Notes: generated by a model not told the origin, from the letters alone. A stretch of 40,000 nucleotides of DNA from Pseudomonadales bacterium (GCA_965230005.1 OZ245934.1:3474906-3514905); one strand, 5' to 3'. Shown: positions 17,107 to 24,302, counted from the stretch's first letter. Numbers and translations are program-made.

Positions 17107-17637
17107 TCAGCTCGCGCTGCTGGTGCGCTTCTCCGTGGCCGGCTCCGCTTTGCCGCTCGGGGCACTGCTCGTGGTGCTCGCCGCTTTCGGCTTCGCTGGC
17201 GTAGCGGTCTTGCCGGCGTCCACACCCGGATCCATGTCGATAGAGCCTTTGAACTTCGCGCCGTCTTCGAGGGTCACCCGGGGCGCCACGATGTTGCCGA
17301 GGACATGGCCGGACTTGGTGATCACGACTTTCTCAGCGCCGTTGATGTCGCCGTTGACCTGGCCTTCGACTTTCACGGTCTTGGCCGTAAGGTTGGCATC
17401 TACCCGGCCCTTCTGGCCGATCGTGAGATCGTGGCCGTTCAGCGAGATGGCGCCTTCCACGGTGCCTTCGACGATCAGGTTCTCCTCGCCGCTGACTTCG
17501 CCTTTAACTTTAATGGTGGATCCAATCACGGCGGTGCTCCTCGAATCTGAAAGTTCTCGATACTGGTCTGCCCGCGGGGCATCGGTACTGCCCACAGAGG
17601 GTTCCTCAGACGGGTTGTCTCTGCGCTTCTCGAACAT
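17107..17637 (-). CDS. bactofilin family polymer-forming protein
   Basis: Trimmed to ATG 17637 with GGAGG SD. Repetitive beta-helix core (IKVKGEVSGEENLIVEGTVEGAI...VKVEGQVNGDI...GNIVAPRVTLEDGAKFKGSI). Ala/Ser/Thr/Lys/Pro-rich low-complexity C-terminal tail. Confidence 0.85.
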   Translation of the reverse strand: MFEKRRDNPSEEPSVGSTDAPRADQYRELSDSRSTAVIGSTIKVKGEVSGEENLIVEGTVEGAISLNGHDLTIGQKGRVDANLTAKTVKVEGQVNGDINGAEKVVITKSGHVLGNIVAPRVTLEDGAKFKGSIDMDPGVDAGKTATPAKPKAASTTSSAPSGKAEPATEKRTSSAS

Positions 17638-17779
17638 GCTCTCGCCTCCTGTGGCTACTGCGGGGTGCGTGAATCCCGGACTATAGGCCATCGGCGCGGT
17701 CAGGAAATGACAACTTTCTGGTACCCGGCGGGCCGGTGACCGGGCCTCCTCGCCACGGCGACCCAGTCCATGAGGCTCT

Positions 17780-18709
17780 TCAGCGGATGGCGACCGGATT
17801 GATGATCGCCTGCACGGAGCCCACGAAGCGTGGCTGACCGAGCACAAAGAGGAACTCCGTGGCGCCATCGGCGGCGAGGGCGCGGGTATCCATCACCTCC
17901 AGGATGTATACCCCGTGTTTGGCGAGGAGTTCCGCGTGCACGGGAAAGGCCAGGGTCGGGTCTTCGTGGGGGATGGCTTCGAGCGCCGCCGTGTCCGCCC
18001 CGAGGGCGACCACGCCGAGTCCTGCCAGGTATCGAGCCCCCTCGAGACCGAGCCCCGGTTGCTGCGCGATGAATCCCGCCGGATCGGCGTCAGCGGTGTC
18101 GAGCCAGCCGGTGTGGAAGAGCACCACGTCGCCTTCGCCCAGGGTCACGCCGATACGCTTTGCCGCCTCATCGATCTCCGCTCGATTGAAGGCTGTGCCC
18201 GCGGGGAGAGGGTTCTGCCCGTAGAGCCTGGTCATATCCAGGAGCACACCGCGGGTGACAATCGGCGGGATCTCATGGGTCGAGAACTTGGTGAGGCCCG
18301 CCGGGCCGGCGAACTCCGCTGCCGGGGTGCCATTGTAGTAGTGGTGGTCGATGCCCATGTGGCCCAGCCCGTCGATCTGACTGCCAACGCCCATGTAGGT
18401 CGTTAACAGGTCGTCGTAGCTCGTGGCTTTGTTTGCACCTAGCGTTGCCCCGTCGCTGGCGCCGAGCTGGAGCACGGTCATGTGATACCAGCGCGGCGGA
18501 TAGGCCGGGGTATCCGGGCCCGTGGGCACGCCGAGGGCATAGCTCTTGCCGAGCTTCACGAGCGACGCGGCGCGCAGCGCTCCTGCCTCCGACAGGTTGT
18601 TCGCCGCGCCGATGGTGTCATCGGCCCCGTACCTGGATGGGTACCAGCTTTCTTCGGCAGCGGCCGCACCGGCAAGCAGCAGTCCCAGCAGCAACGTGAA
18701 TGTCTTCAT
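17780..18709 (-). CDS. secreted cyclase family protein (kynurenine formamidase-like)
   Basis: 309 aa with signal peptide. GSQIDGLGH and VLFHTGW regions typical of the putative cyclase family. GGGGAGAG SD. Confidence 0.75.
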   Translation of the reverse strand: MKTFTLLLGLLLAGAAAAEESWYPSRYGADDTIGAANNLSEAGALRAASLVKLGKSYALGVPTGPDTPAYPPRWYHMTVLQLGASDGATLGANKATSYDDLLTTYMGVGSQIDGLGHMGIDHHYYNGTPAAEFAGPAGLTKFSTHEIPPIVTRGVLLDMTRLYGQNPLPAGTAFNRAEIDEAAKRIGVTLGEGDVVLFHTGWLDTADADPAGFIAQQPGLGLEGARYLAGLGVVALGADTAALEAIPHEDPTLAFPVHAELLAKHGVYILEVMDTRALAADGATEFLFVLGQPRFVGSVQAIINPVAIR

Positions 18710-18741
18710 GACTTCTCTCCCCTGTTTGAGTCTTTCCCGAA

Positions 18742-18841
18742 TCCGGAAGCCGCGCAGCGCGCCTTTGCCGAGCTCGACCGGTCAGGTCTCTGAGGTCTTC
18801 GCAGGAGCACGCGGCTCCATCGCACGGCTGACTTGTTTGGC
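18742..18841 (-). repeat. probable eroded attC site
   Basis: Sits 10 nt beyond the VOC stop. aagccgcgcagcgcgcctttg...cgac.gg...cgcaggagcacgcgg...cttgtttggc parallels the consensus arms. R' core lost (ttccgga). Hand alignment. Confidence 0.4.
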
Positions 18842-18850
18842 CTGCTTCAT

Positions 18851-19243
18851 CTAGTCGGCCCCCTGCGAGAAGCATAGCGTGTGACCTTCGTTATCGACCA
18901 CATAGAACTCGCGCGTACCCCAATCAGTTACGGCGGGATCTCTTACGAAACTCACCCCAGCAGATCTGCACTTCTCAGCCCAGAGTCCGACGTCTTCCAC
19001 AGAGAAAAAGAGGTGCAGGTGGTTATCTTTGCTGACGACGTCAATGGATGGATCTGGTGAATCGACGAGTTTTAAGTGGAAACGCTGACCGTCACCAACT
19101 TTGATCCCCGCATAGAAATCGCTGTATTTGAACTCGAGATCGAACCCGAGCTTCGAGACGTAGAAATGGATCGACTCATCGAGTCTGGTCGTACGGAGCT
19201 GCGGTATAAGTTCGATCGTGTTTCCTCGTGTATCTTCCGCCAA
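18851..19243 (-). CDS. VOC family protein (cassette)
   Basis: 130 aa, TTG start with GGGGGA SD 7 nt upstream. Glyoxalase-like fold sequence. Low GC. Confidence 0.8.
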   Translation of the reverse strand: MAEDTRGNTIELIPQLRTTRLDESIHFYVSKLGFDLEFKYSDFYAGIKVGDGQRFHLKLVDSPDPSIDVVSKDNHLHLFFSVEDVGLWAEKCRSAGVSFVRDPAVTDWGTREFYVVDNEGHTLCFSQGAD

Positions 19244-19262
19244 CGATGTATCCCCCGATGGC

Positions 19263-19358
19263 GCCTAGCGCCGCGATAAGCGGCACTTGAGGGCGGCTGA
19301 ATGAAGCGACAGCGAAAGGAGGCAACGGTCAAGCATCCGTTTCATCGCCTTGTTCGGC
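19263..19358 (-). repeat. integron attC site
   Basis: 96 bp, gcctagc...gttcggc. 13 hand-counted mismatches to consensus. Confidence 0.85.
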
Positions 19359-19817
19359 GTCATCACCGCCGCGATTGCGATACGCGAATACCATCAGCTC
19401 AACAAAGAAAATCAGTGTAAGTGAAAGGCCACTACCAGTCCCATCCGACATCGCACTCGCGATTTCTTCCGCGTCGTCGGCACGACCAACAAGTATGAGA
19501 AAAAACATGGAGGCCAATGCTACTAACAGGATGCATACAACACTGATTACAACAACGAAGTACCACGGTTTCCGCTCGCTCAGCGCTGTGGGAATCAATG
19601 GGTCCCTCGTGCGAAGTGAGCTGACATTTCGCCACAGGAGATAACCCACTACGGCAAATCCGCCCAGCGTACTAGTCAAAGACGTTATCCAGTTAGAGTG
19701 TTCAACGGCTTCTGGTCCGAACCGCCAGACTAAGGATAGATAGATCCCATGAGTTACTAGGATCCGAACTACCTCAGCCAAGGTAAAGGCCCGATAAGCT
19801 GGTGACAGCAAAGACAT
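19329..19817 (-). CDS. small multi-TM membrane protein (cassette)
   Basis: 162 aa with ATG start. 4 hydrophobic segments and an acidic tail. The last 10 codons run into the attC. Confidence 0.65.
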   Translation of the reverse strand: MSLLSPAYRAFTLAEVVRILVTHGIYLSLVWRFGPEAVEHSNWITSLTSTLGGFAVVGYLLWRNVSSLRTRDPLIPTALSERKPWYFVVVISVVCILLVALASMFFLILVGRADDAEEIASAMSDGTGSGLSLTLIFFVELMVFAYRNRGGDDAEQGDETDA

Positions 19818-19820
19818 GGC

Positions 19821-19916
19821 GCCTAACGCCGCGATAAGCGGCGCTTGAGGGCAGTCAACTGGAGCGGTAGCGAAAGGAGGTCGCGGTCAAGCGCCCGATT
19901 CATCGCCTTGTTAAGC
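19821..19916 (-). repeat. integron attC site
   Basis: 96 bp, gcctaac...gttaagc. Identical to the site at 23667. Confidence 0.9.
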
Positions 19917-20117
19917 GACGCTGCGACTGAACTGCTCTACAACAACGTCAGGGAGGGTCGTACATTGCTTCGCATGCTCAATAGTCATGCTCACGAGAAT
20001 TCCATCCTTGTCGAGATCGACATAGATGTTCTCGTTGATCTCACGAGTCTCGGCTACTTCATGATCCGAGAACTCTAGGAGCGCAGTATCAGTATCTTCA
20101 AAGTACTTTACTTTCAT
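19911..20117 (-). CDS. DUF2283-like antitoxin candidate (copy 1)
   Basis: 68 aa. MKVKYFEDTDTALLEFSD...VDLDKDGILVSMTIEHA fits the DUF2283 pattern. ATGA overlap with the upstream gene. Stop TAA lies in R''. Confidence 0.8.
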   Translation of the reverse strand: MKVKYFEDTDTALLEFSDHEVAETREINENIYVDLDKDGILVSMTIEHAKQCTTLPDVVVEQFSRSVA

Positions 20118-20347
20118 GGTTTGAATCCTCGATCGAAGAAGGCGTTGTGCACAGTCTCGCCATCTTCCAGGAGAATGACTCTAAGGTACTTACCTTCTGA
20201 TTCGATGTATACCCAACGCCTGATCCTGCCATCCGTTTGAGTTACCTCTCTGACCGGGTTCTCAATAGCTGCGAGGATCCACTCATCAGCGATCATTGCG
20301 CGGTCCGGGCGCAATCTGATGTTTCGAAAGTATGCAGTGGTCTTCAA
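20114..20347 (-). CDS. DUF4258-like toxin candidate (copy 1)
   Basis: 77 aa, TTG start. ...DGRIRRWVYIESEGKYLRVILLEDGETVHNAFFDR. Paired with the DUF2283 gene in one cassette. Confidence 0.7.
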   Translation of the reverse strand: MKTTAYFRNIRLRPDRAMIADEWILAAIENPVREVTQTDGRIRRWVYIESEGKYLRVILLEDGETVHNAFFDRGFKP

Positions 20348-20360
20348 TCTTGGTTGTGTC

Positions 20361-20459
20361 GCTTAACGCCGCGATAAGCGGCGCTTGAGGGCCGTCGACT
20401 GGAGCGGTAGCGAAAGAAGCTGGCGGCGGTCAAGCGTCCGATTCATCGCCTTGTTAGGT
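20361..20459 (-). repeat. integron attC site
   Basis: 99 bp (3-nt insertion), gcttaac...gttaggt. Confidence 0.9.
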
Positions 20460-20521
20460 GTCATTCATTCCCCTAAATCTTGAAGCCAGTAGCACTATTG
20501 CGATCATCTACCTACTTTCGA

Positions 20522-20947
20522 TCAACCCCTAAAGGGCAGGTACTTCCTGGAAGCGAGCGAATAGCCGATGAGTCCAGCTAGCAAAATCGCTAGTACGTTC
20601 AAAGCGGCTCCGTACGATGTTCCTATAAGTATTTCCAGATGTGTGGGCGGAATACGGAGAGGCTCCCCAATTCGATAGTGAATGTGGACAATATAGGCAT
20701 GTAGAGCAAGATACAGACTAAGGAAGATAGCGGTGAATCGGTGAGTACCAATTAGCGAACCAAAAACAGCCCCTAGAAAGAGCCCCGCCGCGGACGATGG
20801 AACGACGAACTGACTACCAATCTCTAAGGAGCCGTCCAGATCGAGTTGCCTGGATAGCTGATCTGCGCCGGTTGAAACGCCGAATCCGACCAAAACGCCA
20901 AGCCCATTCCTCATATACCCATTTAGCTGAAGGAAGCCCTTGGACAT
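20522..20947 (-). CDS. small multi-TM membrane protein (cassette)
   Basis: 141 aa with ATG start and 4 hydrophobic segments. No known domain. Confidence 0.65.
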   Translation of the reverse strand: MSKGFLQLNGYMRNGLGVLVGFGVSTGADQLSRQLDLDGSLEIGSQFVVPSSAAGLFLGAVFGSLIGTHRFTAIFLSLYLALHAYIVHIHYRIGEPLRIPPTHLEILIGTSYGAALNVLAILLAGLIGYSLASRKYLPFRG

Positions 20948-20950
20948 GAC

Positions 20951-21046
20951 GCCTTACGCCGCGATAAGCGGCGCTTGAGGGCGGCCGACTGGAGCGGCAG
21001 CGTAAGGAGGTCGCGGTCAAGCGTCCGATTCATCGCCTTGTTAGGC
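20951..21046 (-). repeat. integron attC site
   Basis: 96 bp, gccttac...gttaggc. About 6 mismatches to consensus. Confidence 0.9.
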
Positions 21047-21706
21047 GTCATCATTCGTGCCCATATCCGCAAGGGGGTCTTCCGAGTCTCGTCGAATCGG
21101 TACGCGTCTATTTCGCTTCCTGAACTGCCGAGCATACTCTCGCCGTTGTTTGGTGACTTCGTACAGCACTATTCCAGATGTTGTCCCGAGATTGAGGCTC
21201 TCGATCATTCCGAACATAGGAATACTAATGCAGAGATCTGCACGCGCTACTGCAACGTCGCTTATCCCGCGAGACTCGTTTCCGAACCAGACAGCAAGCT
21301 TCGTATAAGTGGTGTAGTCGACTTCGTCCAACGTAGCGTTTTGCATTCCCTTGATATGCGGGGAGGTCACTATCGACGTAAATCGATTGGTCTCCAGATG
21401 AGAGAGACAGGATTCAGTACTATCGAATCGTTTGACGAAACTCCACTTCACAGCCGATACAGAGGATTTCGAAAGCGAGCTACGCTCACGCATATCCTGC
21501 CAGTCGTCCGGCAGAGCGTTCCTTGGATCGACCACATAGGCTTTCTCAACGCCAAGCGCGTTAACGTTCCGGATTACGGTACCGATGTTCCGTATATCTT
21601 TGGGGTCCTCGATGACTGCTATCAGATTCTTGCAGCGATATTCCTTAATCTCGTCAGCACGAAGGCGGGCAGAAGACTTAGATTTACTAGGCGCTTTTTC
21701 TTCCAT
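21041..21706 (-). CDS. SpoU/TrmH family RNA 2'-O-methyltransferase (cassette)
   Basis: 221 aa. SPOUT motifs NIGTVIRNVNALGV, WFGNESRGIS and ESLNLGTTSGIVLYE. Basic C-terminal tail. Stop TAA lies in R''. Confidence 0.85.
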   Translation of the reverse strand: MEEKAPSKSKSSARLRADEIKEYRCKNLIAVIEDPKDIRNIGTVIRNVNALGVEKAYVVDPRNALPDDWQDMRERSSLSKSSVSAVKWSFVKRFDSTESCLSHLETNRFTSIVTSPHIKGMQNATLDEVDYTTYTKLAVWFGNESRGISDVAVARADLCISIPMFGMIESLNLGTTSGIVLYEVTKQRREYARQFRKRNRRVPIRRDSEDPLADMGTNDDA

Positions 21707-21747
21707 GATTGGATACTACTAGTTACCTGGAGTTGGTTCGGGATGAC

Positions 21748-21843
21748 GCCTAACGCCGCGATAAGCGGCGCTTGAGGGCCACCGACTGGAGCAGCAGCGA
21801 AAGGAGGCGGCGGTCAAGCGTCCGATTCATCGCCTTGTTAGGC
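21748..21843 (-). repeat. integron attC site
   Basis: 96 bp, gcctaac...gttaggc. About 3 mismatches. Confidence 0.9.
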
Positions 21844-21844
21844 G

Positions 21845-22207
21845 TCATCTTCTACTCCTATCTGAACTCTCCACGAATTCCTGAGTTGGCTTATCAGGAT
21901 ACCCTCTTACGACGAGTCGGTTGGTATAGGAAAGCACCGGCAGCACCACGAGGAGCGTTCCAGTTACCGCTACAGCTAGAGCGATGCTCCAATGAAAGAG
22001 GCCGTCCAGAGCCCAAGCAATGGCTCCAATCAGAGTCGCAGCGAGAGCGTACACCAGTGACTCAGAAAAGCTCTTCGCACAGCCATACCGGCATCCACAT
22101 TTAGCGCATGTTAAAACTTCATCCACATACCCAACACCCGAGTAGTAATCTTTCGGCACAGGCTCAGAGCAGCTCGGACACTCAAGATTTCGCTTGAAGA
22201 TGGTCAT
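21845..22207 (-). CDS. Zn-ribbon plus 2-TM membrane protein (cassette)
   Basis: Trimmed to ATG 22207. CPSC...CAKCGC followed by two hydrophobic helices. 120 aa. Confidence 0.65.
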   Translation of the reverse strand: MTIFKRNLECPSCSEPVPKDYYSGVGYVDEVLTCAKCGCRYGCAKSFSESLVYALAATLIGAIAWALDGLFHWSIALAVAVTGTLLVVLPVLSYTNRLVVRGYPDKPTQEFVESSDRSRR

Positions 22208-22221
22208 CGTCTGGGGATGAC

Positions 22222-22317
22222 GCCTAACGCCGCGATAAGCGGCGCTTGAGGGCTGCTGACTGGAGCGGCAGCGAAAGGAAGCGGCGGTCAAGCGTCCGAT
22301 TCATCGCCTTGTTAGGC
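22222..22317 (-). repeat. integron attC site
   Basis: 96 bp, gcctaac...gttaggc. About 4 mismatches. Confidence 0.9.
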
Positions 22318-22318
22318 G

Positions 22319-22948
22319 TCATCGTCTGACACTCTCTACGTCAGGAACTAGTAGCCTCTGGATTTCCCATCTTCCTGATTTTTCTCTTCTACGCATCTCA
22401 ACGGCGTCATGAAACTCTTCACATGATTGCTCTGCTCTAACATAGCGCGCCTCCGCGTGAGCAACCTCAAGGTTGCTTATCATGTCATCGGCATCAGCTT
22501 CTGGTAAAAGCTCGGCTATCCTACGAACGAAAGCCACCCCCCAAGCGCGGCAGTTTTCGGAGGCAGCCTCGCAGTCTTCTTGCTCGATAGAGATCCCACC
22601 GCTAAGAAAGCGCACTGCAATGATACGGTCAGGCAATCCCGATCGAGAGAGACTAAGTCGGAGAGAGATCGCGTTCCCACTCACAACTCGATACCGAGAT
22701 TCAAAGTCGGTACCGATTTCAGGAGTGAGCAACCACCGTGAGATCGCGTTACCGCCACAGAACGCTACAAGGGTCTTAGGAAATTCGGGAATGCTATCAA
22801 CGCGGTCGGCAGACCTGTTGTCCTCGGCTATGTGGGGTCGGCCAGCTTTAACCCATACACCTTCAAGTACTTGGTGTTGCCCATAGCTCACACAACACCA
22901 GGAACCTAGAAGAAGAAACAACATTCGAGACCATGTTCCGGAGTACAT
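22319..22948 (-). CDS. secreted protein of unknown function (cassette)
   Basis: Trimmed to ATG 22948. Signal-like N-terminus (MLFLLLGSWCCVSYG). 209 aa, several Cys. Confidence 0.6.
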   Translation of the reverse strand: MYSGTWSRMLFLLLGSWCCVSYGQHQVLEGVWVKAGRPHIAEDNRSADRVDSIPEFPKTLVAFCGGNAISRWLLTPEIGTDFESRYRVVSGNAISLRLSLSRSGLPDRIIAVRFLSGGISIEQEDCEAASENCRAWGVAFVRRIAELLPEADADDMISNLEVAHAEARYVRAEQSCEEFHDAVEMRRREKSGRWEIQRLLVPDVESVRR

Positions 22949-22959
22949 GTTGCTGAGTC

Positions 22960-23055
22960 GCCTAACGCCGCGATAAGCGGCGCTTGAATCTGGCCGACTG
23001 GAGCGGTAGCGAAAGGAGGACAGAATCAAGCGTCCGATTCATCGCCTTGTTAGGC
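22960..23055 (-). repeat. integron attC site
   Basis: 96 bp. 11 differences, all in the central stem and mutually compensatory. Confidence 0.9.
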
Positions 23056-23652
23056 GTCACCTGGCTCGGCTTCCCTGTGATTTGAACCGCGGTCATCAAG
23101 GATTCGTTTCACCTCCGCAGGAAGCGAGTCCCAATCGATGTATCCAAATTCCGGGCCCTTTTCGTCCAATCGAACGACTCCATCAACTTCGACATCGAGG
23201 CTGTAAAGTATCCAGCCAGTCAAACCGAGGAAATCTCCGCGAGGCCCTGGAGGCCCGTAGATTCGCCGCGTATCCGGGTGTCGGTTGTTGTAGTCAGATG
23301 CTCGTTGTAACGCGGTGATCCGATCACACCACGGCGGCAAATCGAAGGAGAACTCTCCATGTGAATGGGCAGCGTCGTTTCTGATACGTCTTACTAAGTG
23401 CAAATCGCGATGCAGATGTCGTGATATCAGGCCCAGCTGATATGCCGCATCTATCTTTGCCGAGAACGTACCCAGCGGTGCGTCGGTCCTGGATAGAATG
23501 TCGCGCTCTCTGTTTGTTGGAGGGAGAATGAAAGCCTCAATCTGCCTGCGCAGAGCTTCCTCCAACATAGCGGCAGCAACTATGGCGGCGCTTCGATCCT
23601 CAATATCGATCAATCCAAGAAAGGCTTCTGGCGACAGAGTTGGGTCAGGCAT
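23050..23652 (-). CDS. MltR (mannitol-repressor)-like / DUF4145-like helical protein (cassette)
   Basis: 200 aa. IVAAAMLEEAL...LGTFSAKIDAAYQLGLISRHLHRDLHLVRRIRNDAAH resembles the MltR-like domain. The C-terminal half is unassigned. Confidence 0.6.
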   Translation of the reverse strand: MPDPTLSPEAFLGLIDIEDRSAAIVAAAMLEEALRRQIEAFILPPTNRERDILSRTDAPLGTFSAKIDAAYQLGLISRHLHRDLHLVRRIRNDAAHSHGEFSFDLPPWCDRITALQRASDYNNRHPDTRRIYGPPGPRGDFLGLTGWILYSLDVEVDGVVRLDEKGPEFGYIDWDSLPAEVKRILDDRGSNHREAEPGDA

Positions 23653-23666
23653 TACGTTGCAGTGAC

Positions 23667-23762
23667 GCCTAACGCCGCGATAAGCGGCGCTTGAGGGCAG
23701 TCAACTGGAGCGGTAGCGAAAGGAGGTCGCGGTCAAGCGCCCGATTCATCGCCTTGTTAAGC
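23667..23762 (-). repeat. integron attC site
   Basis: 96 bp. Identical to the site at 19821. Confidence 0.9.
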
Positions 23763-23963
23763 GACGCTGCGACTGAACTGCTCTACAACAACGTCAGGGA
23801 GGGTCGTACATTGCTTCGCATGCTCAATAGTCATGCTCACGAGAATTCCATCCTTGTCGAGATCGACATAGATGTTCTCGTTGATCTCACGAGTCTCGGC
23901 TACTTCATGATCCGAGAACTCTAGGAGCGCAGTATCAGTATCTTCAAAGTACTTTACTTTCAT
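23757..23963 (-). CDS. DUF2283-like antitoxin candidate (copy 2)
   Basis: Nucleotide-identical to 19911..20117. Confidence 0.8.
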   Translation of the reverse strand: MKVKYFEDTDTALLEFSDHEVAETREINENIYVDLDKDGILVSMTIEHAKQCTTLPDVVVEQFSRSVA

Positions 23964-24193
23964 GGTTTGAATCCTCGATCGAAGAAGGCGTTGTGCACAG
24001 TCTCGCCATCTTCCAGGAGAATGACTCTAAGGTACTTACCTTCTGATTCGATGTATACCCAACGCCTGATCCTGCCATCCGTTTGAGTTACCTCTCTGAC
24101 CGGGTTCTCAATAGCTGCGAGGATCCACTCATCAGCGATCATTGCGCGGTCGGGGCGCAATCTGGTGTGTCGAAAGTATGCGGTGGTCTTCAA
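23960..24193 (-). CDS. DUF4258-like toxin candidate (copy 2)
   Basis: Differs from copy 1 at 4 nt in the first 14 codons (N9H, I10T, two synonymous). Confidence 0.7.
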   Translation of the reverse strand: MKTTAYFRHTRLRPDRAMIADEWILAAIENPVREVTQTDGRIRRWVYIESEGKYLRVILLEDGETVHNAFFDRGFKP

Positions 24194-24206
24194 TCTTGGT
24201 TGTGTC

Positions 24207-24302
24207 GCCTAACGCCGCGATAAGCGGCGCTTGAGAGCCGCCGACTGGAGCGGTAGCGAAAGGAGGCGGCGGTCAAGCGTCCGATTCATCGCCTTGTTAG
24301 GC
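24207..24302 (-). repeat. integron attC site
   Basis: 96 bp. 1 mismatch to consensus. Confidence 0.9.

Noticed and set aside
17638-17779. Possible decayed attC between the cyclase and bactofilin genes, and a GC-rich hairpin (cccggcgggccggtgaccgggcc) as a terminator
   Set aside because: Similarity to the attC consensus was about 50 % over the arms in a hand alignment, not distinguishable from chance in GC-rich DNA. The hairpin lacks a following T-tract.
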